A stretch of 64,000 nt of DNA from Eledone cirrhosa (lineage: Eukaryota). The DNA is taken from the NCBI GenBank assembly GCA_964016885.1, contig OZ024741.1, positions 285,386,001 through 285,450,000 on the forward strand, written 5' to 3'. Each line of letters starts with the position of its first letter. Positions within the stretch are counted from its first letter, which is position 1. Both the position numbers and the translations under genes were made by a program. The notes below the pieces were generated by a model. The model saw nothing but the letters and a program-made list of their open reading frames with translations, searched no databases and was not told the DNA's origin. This document shows, piece after piece, positions 42,282 to 56,875 of this stretch.

Positions 42282-42537
42282 GTATATATATATATTCGTG
42301 TGCGGATGTTAGTGTGTGTGTGTTCGTACGTATATCCAGTATGTAATTTCAACTGTAGGTACGTTATACTTACTTTAAGACATGCAGTGTTACCTTCACA
42401 ATGGAAATAAACAAAGTAGTTACGACACAGTTTGCTTTTATGCCATATCTGCTAGAGCAAAATATCTGAGATCAATCTTCCCTATTTCTAATATTGTTGA
42501 TCTATTATTATAGATAACAAACGAATCGAATGTTATT

Positions 42538-42612
42538 AGGGTCGATAAAATAAAGCACCAGTAATACACTGGGTAATTGCTGGCCTTGTGCCAAAAGTAG
42601 AAACAATTATTA
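42538..42612 (+). mobile_element. SINE 3' part
   Basis: GGGTCGATAAAATAAAG..GGCCTTGTGCCAAAAGTAGAAAC. Confidence 0.75.
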
Positions 42613-42976
42613 ATATTCGAAAAACTCAGATTACATTTGTTATCCTAGAGATATCCCAAAACAACTAAGGATGCTTAGGATGGAGCCGCAAGAGAGAGAG
42701 AGAGGGAGGGGGTAAATGAAGATGAGGAGAAGAGTAAGATGGGAAAATGTTATGGTTATTGTTTGGGTATGTGTGTGTGTGTGGGAGGGGGGTAATGGTG
42801 GTGGTGGCGGTAGTTATGGAGCAGAAAACTGACAGAGGCTAAACTTGTAACATTGGCTTAAAAGCTTAAAAGATGTTCACGTAAGAAACAGGTTCATTAG
42901 ATGGTTACCCATTCCATAGTTCTTTTTGTGCTAACATCACATAAGGTTAGTAGATAGTTATTATGAACCGTCCTTT

Positions 42977-43170
42977 AGGTGGTTGATTGGCAGAATTGGT
43001 CGAGCGTCGGACGCCATGCTTTGCGGCATAGTTACGCACCTTTGCGCACTGATTTCAAATTCTGCCGAGGTTTGCTTTGCCTTTCATCCTTACAGTGTTG
43101 ATAAAATAAAGTACGAGTCAGGCACTGGGATCGATTTAATCGACTTTTCCCTCTCAAAAAATGGCTTGCC
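42977..43170 (+). mobile_element. SINE
   Basis: TGGCAGAATTGG A-box, degenerate B-box and the shared core. Confidence 0.75.
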
Positions 43171-43916
43171 AGAAAGTATTATTAACTGCCCTTCTCTCTC
43201 CGTCAGAAGCTTATTAATAATTATAATGGGGTTAGCAGCTAAGGTATACTAACAGAATGGGGATGTACCTTTCATCAGTTTCAAGGAAAGTCATTCAGTG
43301 GTACAATCATCTGAACGCTGGAATTCTTGTGAAATAATATGTAAGTGGTTGAGTATTCCACATACACGTGTTCCCTGAATGAAATTCTCAGGCAGAATCA
43401 TTATGTCACAATAGTGGGTCATTTGAATTACAGCTACAATTACATATATGCTGATGACCTAGTTCTCCCTTAGTTCTACAATACTAAGTTAAGTTTACAG
43501 TACAAGAAACAGCTTTTAGACTCATTCTCTCTTATATACAAAACAACCAAACCCCCACTGTCACTGTTTCCCTCTCTACCGCTCTTCCCATCTAATCCGT
43601 ATATCCAATTTCACTCACAATGCTGGCTTGATTGACTCGAGGCAATAGTAAGACAATTGTTCCAAATGTCACGCAGTAGGACCGTACTACGGATCTCAAG
43701 CTTGTGAAGCATATTTCTTAACTCAAGAAGAGTGTAGAAGAGTGTAGTAGTATGTAGAAACATCATAAATTTCATCGATCAAGACACAGTAACGATCAGG
43801 TAGAGGGTAGATATTTGTTCAGATTTGCAAGGCCTCAATCAGATATTGATGCAAAAACTTGCGAAAAGAGAAAATACTATGGAGAAGCATTAAAATAAGT
43901 AGTGTAGAGAGGCTCA

Positions 43917-44037
43917 AATAGCGGGAAATAAACATACGTGCATATATATAAGCACATTCATATATAGACATACACAATCACTTGAAAATGCATTCATATA
44001 TAGATATATAATATAACAATATAATATTATATATATA

Positions 44038-44132
<95 letters not shown>

Positions 44133-44335
44133 GTGCGTGTGTGCGTGTGTGTGGACATGAGTGCTTGTGCGTATCTTTATATCCATCTATCTATTTATGT
44201 ACATATATATGTGTGTATATAACTGTGTGAGTTTATATATGCATGTTTATGTATGAATGCATTTTCAAGTGATTGTGTATGTGTATGTATGAATGTGCTT
44301 ATATGTATGCACTTATGTTTATTTTCCGCCGTATT
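43917..44335. repeat. Diverged inverted repeat (~85-bp arms) around (GT)n
   Basis: 43917-44000 is the approximate reverse complement of 44250-44335. Confidence 0.75.
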
Positions 44336-45987
44336 ATGTATGCCTCAGTATTATGTATGCCTCAGTGTCAATACTAAACGCTATTTAATAAACATCTACC
44401 TTTACACTTCCTGTCTACTTACATTTTACATACACATTTGGTTTTTATAAACTTAGAAACCCAGTTAACAAAAAAATTCGAAGTCATAGTTGCAATGTAA
44501 ATGTAGTTCATCCATTACTGGGAAGAATTGAAGTAATAGTTGTGTGGTTGGGACTATAGATTGTAAAAATGTACCGATAGGTAGGAACGAAAAATAAACA
44601 GGAAACACCAAATGCACTCGCAAGTACTTAAATTCGAACTGATTTCAAACTTACTTTATCGATGCATAAAATGTATTCACACAAAATGTATGAACCAACG
44701 GGATATGGGGTTCATTACAACTATGTTCTCTTTTTCCTTTTATATTCTTTCAAATAAATTAGATTTGTATCTCTACTAAAATCGCCGCACATTTTGACTA
44801 TTTAGACTTAGTTTAGACATTACTAAAAGCAACAGCAAACCCCACCCCCAAATAAAAAAAATCACTATGATTTTTTTTTTATGATTTCTTATAAGTGAAT
44901 GTTAAAAACAAGCGCGATAGCTAAGGAACCCTACATGGAAGAGATTTTAGTTCTCTTATATATGTAAAAAGTTGGATTAGCACTTAGGCAATGCTGTTCC
45001 ACTGAAACCACTTCAATTGCATATTATTGCATACATTCATGTATATATATTATGTATGTATATGTATAACACGCAGATATAAAATATCTATGTTGGTTGA
45101 AATTTGAAACCTTAGGTAGCATGCATTTGTGTTGCGATCTTATTCATATATCGTCCATACAGGAATGAAAGACGCCCATGTGAACGATGTTTGGCGAAGG
45201 TAGTTGAAATAGTGACCGGAAAGGACCTTCTATATTCCCGGTACGATAGGATATTTAATTGCAAACACAGGTTCTAAAAACCTTCGCTAACTACAAACTG
45301 TAATAAAACAAGATTCGATCCCTAATACCTAGGTTTTACTATATCCTATTTCATACATTTCCTGTGGCATTTGAACTTTTCACACCCAATGGATTCAGTA
45401 ATATTCAAAACAATGCCATTAAATTTATTCTTTTCCTCCTTACCCCCTCTAGCCTACTCTTAAACTCTACCTTATCTTTCTCTGTCCCTCTGCTTATACC
45501 TTCTCTACCTTATCTTTCTCTGTCCCTCTGCTTATACTTTCTCTACCTCCATATATGGTAAACATCAAAACCTTTACCTATAAAAATGGTCCAAGAATAA
45601 TTGTTCCACATCACAGCACATCGACTGATAGTGTGAACTCTTTAGCCCCACTCACACGCCTCTCCTTTCTTCTATCACACTAACTGAATGTATCTCATGC
45701 TATTTTTAACTTATTTACATTTTCTTAAACGAAAATCTCATTATTGAATTCTACTTCATGGTGAAGAGTTGAATTCCACTACTATAGGCTTTCTGATAAA
45801 GTGTAATAAATAATTATGTATTGCATATGATTGAACAATATATATTGTAGTCAACATATGTAAACAATTTATAATAGACACGGAAACATATGTCAAACAA
45901 AATAAATTCATAATCTCTTTACGCCGACGTTTTATTTTTCTTGGTTCAATACTTGCTTATATATATATATATATTTTCGTGTTCCAT

Positions 45988-46019
<32 letters not shown>

Positions 46020-46162
46020 GTAAGGTGTATTGGTTGTGTCATACGGTCCAATAAACTTTTGTTCTCCAATTCTATTTATGGGAACAGCTAGATGATGTAA
46101 AACGGAATATTTGTATCAAAATAAAGATCAGAAGGCATGGTATAAATTTCCAATCATTTTAA

Positions 46163-46236
46163 TCACGACACATGTTTCAATAAGAGATAGGTCGATCGTG
46201 CGGCCATGATCGATTATCACTTATCTCCTCAGGTGA
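46163..46236 (-). ncRNA. Type-I hammerhead in an element (~46020-46459) flanked by (TA)n
   Basis: Minus strand: TCAC-CTGAGGA (46226-46232), long stem II GATAAG..TCGATC..GATCGA..CTTATT, GAAA, CATGTG, TC, GTGA. Confidence 0.85.
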
Positions 46237-46456
46237 AAATGAATTGTCTTCAAATCCTTGATATGAGGGAGAAAATTTAACGATGTTCACTCACTTTTTT
46301 CCCCCATATGAAGATTAAGTAGCCAAAACACGCCGACTGCTATCGTCCTCAGTTAGGGTCATAAAACTATCAAGTCTCCATCTCTCAATAACTGTAAAAG
46401 ACGCTGGACGGGTCTAATCTCAACATCAAATCTTTAGAATTACAGTCGGTCGGTCA

Positions 46457-46502
<46 letters not shown>

Positions 46503-46647
46503 AACGGAAAAAATTACTTCATTTGTAGTTATAAACAATTTAATTTAATTTTATAATATTATAATTTTAATTTGATTATGTAGATCTAGTAAGTTCTTTG
46601 TTAACTTCGGTGGGAGATTTTGAAAGATTCCTGGTTAACTTTCCTGG

Positions 46648-46778
<131 letters not shown>

Positions 46779-46783
46779 ATATA

Positions 46784-46814
<31 letters not shown>

Positions 46815-46874
46815 CGGGTCTTCGATTTTCAGCCCCATGGATTTTATCTATTACATTCACTTATTATATTTCGA

Positions 46875-46932
46875 ATACCTGATGATATCACCGGATTCAT
46901 ACAGAACCCGGTCATTGAAATGATCATAGTAT
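46875..46932 (+). ncRNA. Type-I hammerhead, 5' pLTR
   Basis: ATAC-CTGATGA (46879-46885), stem II ACCGG/CCGGT, GAAA (46917-46920), TGATCA, TA, GTAT. Confidence 0.85.
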
Positions 46933-49557
46933 AATAAACCTTTCAAGGATTTACACAAGTCCAGCCTGCTGTCATTTCATTATAATATTTAACTCCGTAC
47001 TAGCACCACCAACTACAAAAACAAAGACGGTTGAACTGCTTTACGTTGAGTACTCTCCATATTATTACATTAAGATTGACCATACGGAATTGACCAGCTC
47101 TATCCAGTGGTGAACCTCAAACCTGAATAAATAATGCTCCTGTAATGTTGAGCACTTACAAATGTAATAATGAACAGCGGCATGGGACTGAATATATCTA
47201 ACCACCATTCGTATTTTGGCTACTCAATGTTTTTGCCTACCGCCCACCTGGCCCATTGCTACCTCCCTCTCAGAATATTCAGACTTCGACGAAATTCTAC
47301 GGACTATACCATAACATGTATTGTATTGTACTGTATTGACTAAATTCGCTACCCTATACTTCAGGGCCTGTGTAACTCACACTAAATCTCAGACTCGAAC
47401 ACACACTGATTCCATTTCCACATCTATATGCATTATCTGACTGCAACTTGAACTATATTGTATTTCTCCTGTGTTTTGATCTCTCCATTTACTCCACCAC
47501 CACTCTTGTTTGTTTATTTATATCTTTATATCTTTCTACCTTTGCTGTATTAATGTTTTTTCCACGTATTCTACTTCTATACATCCATGTACTTTTTACT
47601 CCTCTTATTCAGACTTTTACTCGCGTGTACCCATTAGCACACGACACTGGAATGTCTCCCACTGGGAACATAAATACTGCAACCTGAACTATATTGTACT
47701 TCTCCTATGTCTTGATTTCTCCATCTTACTCCAACACCACTCTTGTTGGTTTATTTATATATTTATACCTTTGCTTTATTAATGTGCTTTTCCACGTATT
47801 CTACTTCTATGTGTTCATGTATTTCTACTCCTCTTATTGGGACTTTTACTCACTTGCACACGACACTAGAATGTCTCACCCTGAGAACAAAAATAAATAT
47901 TACCCGATTATATCCCTTACTCTACATCCCACTAGGATAACTTATAGAGGATCTATATAATACAATTAACGTTTCTTCATAAAAGACTCTCTTTAACTAA
48001 ACCTCGCAACTCAAAACCTTAAAAAAGTTTTTTTAATTTTTTAAATGTTTAATTTTCAATGTTCTATTTGTTCAATTCTCAATCTTCTTACTCTTTAATT
48101 TTATAATGTTATTCTGAATTCTTTCAACTTCATCCTATATATCTAAACTATATTTTAACGTTCCAACTTTCTGTCGGACTGTTGGGTTGGTTTTCCTGGC
48201 GGCGGGACCGGCCCCCTGGCGCATAGGCCTACCTTGAGTGCTTGGAAAAATAAATTTCCCCTTCTTTCGGTAAATGAAACTACTCGGAGTGGATTGATTC
48301 GCCCCGGGGGCCCGACGCGCAGCGGTTTTTTGACCGCCATATAGTACCTTTAAATTACAGATCAAATCAGAACTATTAGATGTATCACGCCTCCCTCTAC
48401 TTAAGCAAATCCCCCTCCTGGGTAAAGGAATAGTACTGGTTTTGTACAAGGATGGCCTAACGATGCGGGCTGACTTCCTGCTGGCGCACCTGAAGCCTGT
48501 TATACATTCCTAGAGTGCTCGGAAAAATCGATTTCCATATCTTTCGCTAGGCGATATCACTCGGAGTGATGGGCTGCGCAAGCTTGTGGTCGCCGCATGC
48601 TGTTTGACGGCTAAACAAAGACATAATCTTTACTCTATAATAAAATTTAAGTTTCTTCATAAAAGACTCTTTCTTTGCTTAAACCTCGCAACCTTAAACA
48701 TGTTAAACTGTTTAACTTTCAATTTTCTAATTTCTTTAATATTATAATGTTAATATTAAATATTAATCTTTAACTTCATCCTATAAATCTAAACAAAAAT
48801 GTAACGTCCCAATCTTCTGCTCACACATTATAACATACAGACCCACACTATATTTACCTCTGCTAAGATACGGGTCCCTTTAAAAATATTTTTTCGCGCC
48901 ATTCCTGGCCTGACTGTAGTCTGACATTAATATCGATCTTTCTTCCTCTTTCTTTCTATCTTTCTTCTTGTAGCCATCAAACCTGACTTTTCTTCTTCTT
49001 CCTTTTCTTCTTCTCTTCCCCCTTCTTTCTGTCTTTCTCCTTGTGGCATGATATTAACGCTGACTTTCCTCCCCCTATTTGTTTGCCTATATTTGACCGG
49101 TAGTAGTTGTTAAGATACGGGTCCTTTAGAATAAATTTTTTTCGCGACTTTCCTGGCCTGACTGTAATACCGACCTTTCCTCCTCTTTTTTTCTGTCTTT
49201 CTTCTTATAGCTGACATTAACCCTGATTTCTCTTCTTCTTCCTTTTCTTCCTTCCCTCTTCTTCTCTCTTCTTTCTTTCTTTCTTTCTTTCTTTCTTTTT
49301 CCTTCCCCCTTCTTCTTCTCTCTTCTTTCTTTCTTTCTTTATTTTTTCTTGTGGCACGATATTAACGCTGACTTCTGTTCATGTTCCTATCCCTTTCTGT
49401 TTTCCTTTATTTGACCGGTAGTAGCAAACTGTAAGCTTTAGCCACGTCACTTGAGGGCGACCGGCAAAGGTGGAAGATGCTGGATGGCGGTCGTCCTCGG
49501 GTCTTCGATTTTTAGCCCCATGGATTATATCTATTACATTCACTTATTATATTTCGA

Positions 49558-49615
49558 ATACCTGATGATATCACCGGATTCATAAGGAACCCGGTCATTG
49601 AAATGACCATAGTAT
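49558..49615 (+). ncRNA. Type-I hammerhead, 3' pLTR
   Basis: CTGATGA at 49562-49568, GAAA at 49600-49603, TGACCA, TA, GTAT. Confidence 0.82.
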
Positions 49616-49813
49616 AATAAACCTTTCAAGGATTTACACAAGTCCAGCTTGCTGTCATTTCATTATAATATTTAACTCCGTACTAGCACCACCAACTACA
49701 AAAACAAAGACAGTTGAACTGCTTTACGTTGAGTACTCTCCATATTATTACATTAACATTGACCATACGGAATTGACCAGCTCTATCCAGTGGTGAACCT
49801 CAAACCTGAATAA

Positions 49814-49876
<63 letters not shown>

Positions 49877-50613
49877 TTTATATTTAATATAGAAATGACT
49901 TCTACAGGAATAGAATTGTTTCATTCGGGAGAAATCATTATATATATATATAAACTGTATATATATATATATATATATGTGTGTGTGGGTGCGTGTGTCT
50001 GTATTTACATATAAATATATTGACAACCACGATAAATGAAGTTCTCAATACACGTATTGGAGGGTTGATTCATTTATTCGTTGTGAATTATTAGAATGGC
50101 TGCGAAAATCTCATGGTGGTTCTTCGGCATGAAATAATGGATTAAACACACATATCTGTCTACGTGTGTGTATGTGTGTATTCATATGCCTATTTGTGTA
50201 CTTTAGTATGTATGTTTTTGAAGTATGTTAAATAAAGGATTTGTCCGTTGTTAAATTGAAGATTAGAAAGAATATTAAGACCAAATACTTGTAAGTACTC
50301 AGTGTTTTGTAATCTGATTGAATGGCGGACATGCATGCTTCTTCAAACGAACATCGATATACTTGGAATAGAAACTAAAATTAAGATATGTTATATGTGA
50401 AGTTCTCCATGGACACATCTACAATGACAGATTATATGTCTGTTTTTAAATGATCGTATCAACTAATGCCTGCATTTCAACATTTATTATCTTTTCATTG
50501 TGTATCCAGCTGATCTTTCGAATTTACTTGCAATGAATAAGTTAAAGTATATTCACATATACAGACAGATACAACCAATTATCAGCCATACGCTAGTGCC
50601 ATGTTGTGTGTGT

Positions 50614-50728
<115 letters not shown>

Positions 50729-51014
50729 CTGTGTCATTCTGAAACATTACCTCGTTTATACTTTCATAGAAATTAATTTAGAGCTCTTAATGATTTGGAT
50801 TATGTCAGAGCGTTAGATAAATTGCTTTACATTATTTACTTGCGGTTTTTATGTTCTAGATTAAAATTTCCTTGAATTCGCCTTTGCGTCTTAGTTTTAC
50901 TGGTAAATTAAATTACTGAGTTGAGGTAGTAGGACTGATTCAAGCGACAGTTGACTCTCCAGCGTATTACTGGTATCTAGTTCATAATGAATATTATTAT
51001 TTAATATTGAAAAG

Positions 51015-51202
51015 GGCGGTGAATTGGCAGTATCGGTAGAAGGTCGGACGCCATGCTTTTCAGCATAGTTACGTCCCTTTACGGTCTGAGTTCAAATCCC
51101 GTCGAGGTTAACTTTGCCTTTCATCCTTACGGGTCGATAAGATAAAGTACCAGTAATGCACTGGGCAATTGCTGGCCTTGTGCCAAAAGTAGAAACAATT
51201 AT
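51015..51202 (+). mobile_element. SINE, full length
   Basis: GGCGGTGAATTGGCAGTATCGG.., B-box and the shared core. Confidence 0.88.
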
Positions 51203-52172
51203 TTAATATTGAATGAAACGTAGTCGAAGACAAAAGTGTGAAAATTAAGGACCAAGCGTATTTTATCAGCAGGTTTTGTTATTGTTGTTGCAGCAAACAT
51301 CCGTCTAATCTTAGCTAGTCTTTAATGAGGTTATATCTCATAGGTCTATTGGGTGATTTAAGAATAACAATCTTAGTTCTGCCATATTAGCATTGTCAGC
51401 AGAAGCAAGCTGAAATTTGAACTCAAAACACACAAAAAAAAAAAAAAAATAGATGGGGCTCTAACAATTTGACCAATCCACTGTTCTAGACCAGTAATTT
51501 ATTTATCGACACTGAAAGGATAGCATTTTAAATTGACCGCTGTGGGATTAGAATTGTGTGGTGGAACAAATACCGCAAGGCATTTAGTCGGATACCCTAC
51601 GACTCTGCTTGTCTTAATCTACACATTCCGCAGCGTAAATCCGCTGTTATGAATTTACACCCTACGTAAAGAACGTTGATAAAAAACCTGTAAAATCTTG
51701 TGATACTGGCCATTTCGCCGGGTTAAATCTTGAAAAGAGAGAAAAAATATAACAAAAACAAAGAAAAAAGAACATCTTAATTGATTATAAAGATACAACT
51801 ATATGAAGTACTAAAAATTAGCTCGTGACAAGTAGGATATTTCTAGTAATGTCGCTCAGTTTGCAAGAAATAGCATCCGAGTCTCCCTAAAATCAAACTG
51901 CATTGTTTGATAATTGGAAATTGCACATTACATAGTACAGTCATAGACATACACACACACACATATATATATATGACAGGACGATCATAGCTGGATATCG
52001 TTCATTACAAGGTTGTTCGATCGGAGCTATCCTGGAGCTACACAATAACAGCGTAAATTACTATTAATTATCAAAATCTATCGGAGAAGTTTTTGAACTC
52101 CGTACAAACAGCCGATAGGACATAGACACTCAACAAAATTCATTCCTTATGTTTAACATACTGCTGCTGCTG

Positions 52173-52214
<42 letters not shown>

Positions 52215-52219
52215 AAAAT

Positions 52220-54056
52220 AATAATGACTTCATTTATTGGCCATAAGGGCCCACATATAGGAGACAATACAATATACGGGGACAGTGGGGGTTTTACATA
52301 AAAATCGAGTGAAAAATAAGAAAACAATAACAATAAACAAGAAAAATACAACAATGAAAATTCCACAATGGGGGGAATAACCACCCTGGGTCGGTTTAGG
52401 TGCCCCACCAATCCTGAACCACCCGACGCATCGAGGGCACCCATGGGAGACACCCCTCTCCTCCTCAAATTTACCAGCCTACAGGCGCATGATCAGAGAA
52501 GGCCCACTCACACGAGCCATTCTCGCCACATTCACCCACCTTTTAGCAAATGTACTGGGGCACAGTACTTTTCTCTACACCGTCACCTTCCTTTCCAGGT
52601 GAAACTTGAAAATGTTGATGAGAGATTGGTCGAAGAGAAAAGTGTCTCTCTTCAGTCATTTCAACCTGGTCCAAGTCACAACCTCTTTCGCTACCGCGAC
52701 TAGACAGAGGAAAGATGTCTGTCCTACCCAACCAAAAGAAGGCGGATGGGCGATCTTCACTATGGATTCGGCCAATAGCCGGATCCGTCTCCCTAATTTT
52801 GTTGGCATCCAGACCATCAGCAGTATTCGGGGGCGCACAAAAGTTGCTGGTGCCAAAAATCTCTCCTCTTTCGCAATCTCTTGACTTTGTCTTACGAGGG
52901 CCGAAAGTATTTTGTTGGCCCTTATTTCTTACACGAATTTGGGTATTTCTGTTGTTGCTGGTGGCGGCGTGTGTTTTCTTTTATTGGGCATAAGTTGTGG
53001 TTGTGTTGTTGGTGGTTGTGTTTTTGTTGATGGTTCTGATGTTTTTGTTTGTTGTAGGTGTATCTGTGTTTGCTGTGTTTCGTATGCCTGTTGGTGTGTG
53101 TAAAAATGTAATTTTATTTCTTTGTCTCTTCTTTCGTTTTTTTTTTTAATTTTGGAGGATCCTCCATATCTTCACTTGGAGATGAGGAGGAATCAGTGTC
53201 TGGGGACTCTGTGTCAGAGGGGAGTAGGAGTGTGTTTGCATGTGTGCGAATGTTGGTCTCTATCTGTGTGTTTGAAAGAGAGGGAGATCGAGAGCTTGTT
53301 TTTGGCGACTTCCTGGGTCGTCTTAATTATCCTTGTTGTTGTCTTTGTTGTTGCTGGCACTGGTGTTGTCGTTTGTACCTGCACCGGTCTTGGCAGCAAC
53401 GGGGGTTTGTGACCCCTGCAGTTTTCAGCTGTGGACAAAAGGTTTGCAGATGTGTGGCTTAACCACAAACGAAACAGTTCGGCCGTTTGCCTTCATTGAT
53501 CACTTGTATCTCGAACCCGTCCGGCAGTTTGATATGGTCAGGGATAATTTTGATGTTTTCGTGTCTGATTTGGAGGAGAATCTCCAAACCATTCTTGGAC
53601 CACCTCTCCCTATTTGTAAATTTGACGTCGATGCGGGTATCAGGACCTTTTGCCGCCACGCATACCAGGAACCACTATAGGTCTAGTCTAGGTGGAATAC
53701 TGGGAACACGGGCCCTTACTGTCTTCATCCCCATGTGGGACGGGTACAAAATGATTTGGTCCGTTTTGCAGAGGACCATAGAATGCTTCCTAGCAAGGGC
53801 CTCAGTTATGAAGAGCACCAAGATGCTCCAAAATTGTTTGGACTTTGCTATCTGATCTATGTTATTATTGATGCACTTCAGTGCACCCACCAATTGTCCT
53901 TCAGAGGCTGTCTCGGCTTTTCAAGATTTCACTGAAATGCATCCTCCTTTCAGCATTCTCCTCTCCTTTGCTGCCACCACCTCTGTCGGAATGTTTAAGT
54001 TGACCCAGGCTGTTTATAATCTGTTCCGCCCGGGCCAAAGGTTCACTCTTCTCAGT
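52220..54056 (-). mobile_element. Internally deleted Tx1-type LINE (ORF1 remnant fused to ORF2 C-terminus/3' UTR)
   Basis: EGKRPNCFVCG knuckle and LYPSHMGMKT resemble the 18154 ORF1. 52220-52795 has RIRLLAESIVKIAHPPSF..VTWTRLK. Confidence 0.8.
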
Positions 54057-54147
54057 TAAATCAAAATTATAATAGGTTTGAGATTTTGCAGCTGTGACTG
54101 CAAAGGTATTCTTATTATTTATGTTGTTGTATACTAGAAATCATTAT

Positions 54148-54335
54148 TGGTGGATTGGCAGTATCGGTAGAGAGTCGGACACCATGATTTGAAGCATAGA
54201 GTTACGTCCCTTTATGATCTGAGTTCAAATCCCGCCGAGGTTAACTTTGCTTTCATCCTTACGGGGTCGGTAAAATAAAGTACCAGTAATGTACTGGGTA
54301 ATTGCTGGCCTTGTGCCTAAAATATAAACAATTAT
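54148..54335 (+). mobile_element. SINE, full length
   Basis: A-box, B-box and the shared core. Confidence 0.85.
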
Positions 54336-54922
54336 TTACATTGTTGTTGCTATTTGTAGTCTTGTCCTTGTTCACGTTGCTTTTATTGGTGTTGTTGTTT
54401 TTGTTGTCGTTGGTGGTGGTGTTGGCATTGTTATTGCTGTTGTTACTGTCGTTGTTACTTCTTGTTGCTTCCACTGTTCTTCTTATCGTCGCCGCTGCTG
54501 CTGTCGTCGCTGCCACCGTTACCGCTGCTGCTACGTTTGCTGGTGATTGTGGCGTTGTTAGTGATGTCTGTAGTAGTGGTGGTGGTGGTGGCGGTGACAT
54601 TGTTGTTGTATCTCTTTAGAGCTCCATCTGACTTACTTTTTCCAGAATTTTCCCAGAATTTTCCCGCCTTGGCAGGAGTTGGAGAAGAGTGTAACCTCCA
54701 TTTCTTTACAAAAAAATAAAAGAAATTATGGCACAATTTTAAATTTAAAGTTCATATAATTGGGCCCAAGGCCCAAATATTCTAGGGAGTCGCTTCTTCA
54801 GGGCAAGGACTGGAGCCTTATGCTACCCTTTTAACAACATCCTTAAACAAAACCCAATATAAATAGATGTACACAAACAAAACTTGTGGAGCGTAAACAG
54901 CAGTGGCATATCGTTCAGAGAC

Positions 54923-54923
54923 A

Positions 54924-54961
<38 letters not shown>

Positions 54962-56868
54962 TTTCTTTATTAACCACAAGGGTTTACATAAAGTAGACAT
55001 TAAGGACAGTGCAGGACAATGCAGGACGGTACAAATGGGCATTTCTGCGTGTAAAAAACAAAAACAGAGAATGTAACAAAAAATAACAATGAAAAATTCC
55101 CCAATAGGGGGGAGACTTCGGAGGGACATTTGTGGAGAAAGCCCAGTAAAAAGCCACAATGACCCTGACCACCAAGGCAAGTGCCCTCTCCCAGTTTTCC
55201 ACCTTTACTTTACAGATATATGCTCAGAGTAGGCCCATTCACTCGGGCCATTCTTGCTTCTCTCACCCATCTTTCAACAAAATGCTGGGAAGAGAGCACT
55301 TCCCTCTCTACTCTGATTTTCCTTTTCAAATGAAATTTGAAAAAGTCAATCAGAGCATCACCGAAGAGGTAAGTGCTCGTCTTCAGCCCTTTCAAACGTG
55401 TCCACCATACTATCTCTTTCGCCATGGCCACCAGGCAGATAAAAACTGCCTGCCCTTCCCGGCTAAAGGAGGAGGGCGGGGCAATCCTCACGATGGACCC
55501 AGATGATAGCCGGATCCGTCCTAAACGCGACAGCAGGTGTTCGACATAAACCCACAAGTCAGCAATTTTCGGACACTGGACGAGTGCGTGCAGGACGGTT
55601 TCGTCGCCCTGCGCGCATCTCGGACATGCCCGGCTGACGGCACCTCCATGCCTGTAGAGTTTATCCCGAACTGGCAAGGCTCCTCGGTAGCACTGCCAGG
55701 CCAGAGATTTCTGGAAGTTGTCCATAGGCCCTGGCCCGAAAGTTCTTCCGAAGAGATTGGCTAGTTGATTTTCGTCGACGCCTAGAGTTTCCCCAAGTAC
55801 GTCGTCGCTCTTCCCCTCCACTAATCCTCTATAGAACGCCGAGGTGGAGTTTCCACCGATCACATTGCCCGATTGGTCGAGGGCTGTGAGCGCCTGAAGA
55901 CATTCCAGTCTCCAGGCGCTCCCTCTCGGTCTTCGCTTGACCCAGGACTGCAGCTCCGTCAAGGAAACGAGCTGGGGAAACACGCGTCTAGCAAACGGCG
56001 ACCACACCTGATCACCGTCGAGGAAGAGGTGGAGATGTCGTAGCCTGAGCGCGTGCCTGCGCATCATCAGCCACGGCATGCCTAGCCCTCCACGTAGCGG
56101 GTGTTGACAACAGATGGACCGCCTGACCATCGGAGCGCGTCCCTTCCACAAAAAGCGAAAGAGCAAACGCTCCAGCACAGTCAGGCGAGGCTTAGGACAA
56201 GGTACGACGGTCAGGCGGTAGCAGATGACGGACGCGATGTACGCGTTAGCCACCTCCGCTCGACCTTTCAGGGATAGCTTCCTCTCGGCCCATTTCTGGG
56301 TGAGAGAAGCCACCCTGCTCGTCACCTCGTCCCAGTTTTTGTCCGTCTGGAGGTCCGGACCGAACCAGACCCCTAGCAATTTAACCGGTGTGTCCGTCCA
56401 GCGTCCGACGACGCTGTTGGACGGCATGGACCTGCCTCTCCAGGTGCCGAGCTGCAGGCCCACTGACTTTTCCTGGTTGACCATTGCTCCTGTCACCGCT
56501 TCGTATTCTCTTAGTGTAGTGCCGAGCGCTTCGATGTGTTTGGCGTTCGACACCACTACGGTGACATCGTCCGCATATGCTGATACGGATCTTCCGCATC
56601 CTAGTTCGCGCGGGACCCCCCTCAACGTCTCCAGTTTGTGCAGTAATGGCTCGAGAGTCAATACGTACAAGAGGGACGAGAGGGGACATCCTTGGCGGAC
56701 CGAGCGCATGATGTTGAACGGTTCCGACAGGTGACCGTTCACTCTCACCACAGAGCAGATGTCGCTGTGCATGGCAGCGATCCAGCCTCTGAAGACGGGC
56801 CCAAAGCCAGCCGCCCTCAGGACTGCCGCTAGGTAACGATGGTCGACCCTATCGAAAGCTTTCGACTG
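54923..56868 (-). mobile_element. Young 5'-truncated Tx1-type LINE, open ORF2 from QSKAFD to stop, (ATT)n tail
   Basis: Uninterrupted frame 55210-56868 with RQGCPLS, AYADD and CPRC..ETVLHALVQC. Plus-strand (AAT)n at 54923-54959 and TAATAAT at 56869-56875. Confidence 0.93.
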
Positions 56869-56875
56869 TAATAAT

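Larger units (their letters stand above)
46814..49817 (+). mobile_element. Retrozyme-like non-autonomous PLE: two direct ~320-bp hammerhead pLTRs around a non-coding core
   Basis: 46814-47134 is repeated at 49497-49817 (offset 2683), with (TA)n on both sides and no long ORF inside. Confidence 0.88.
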
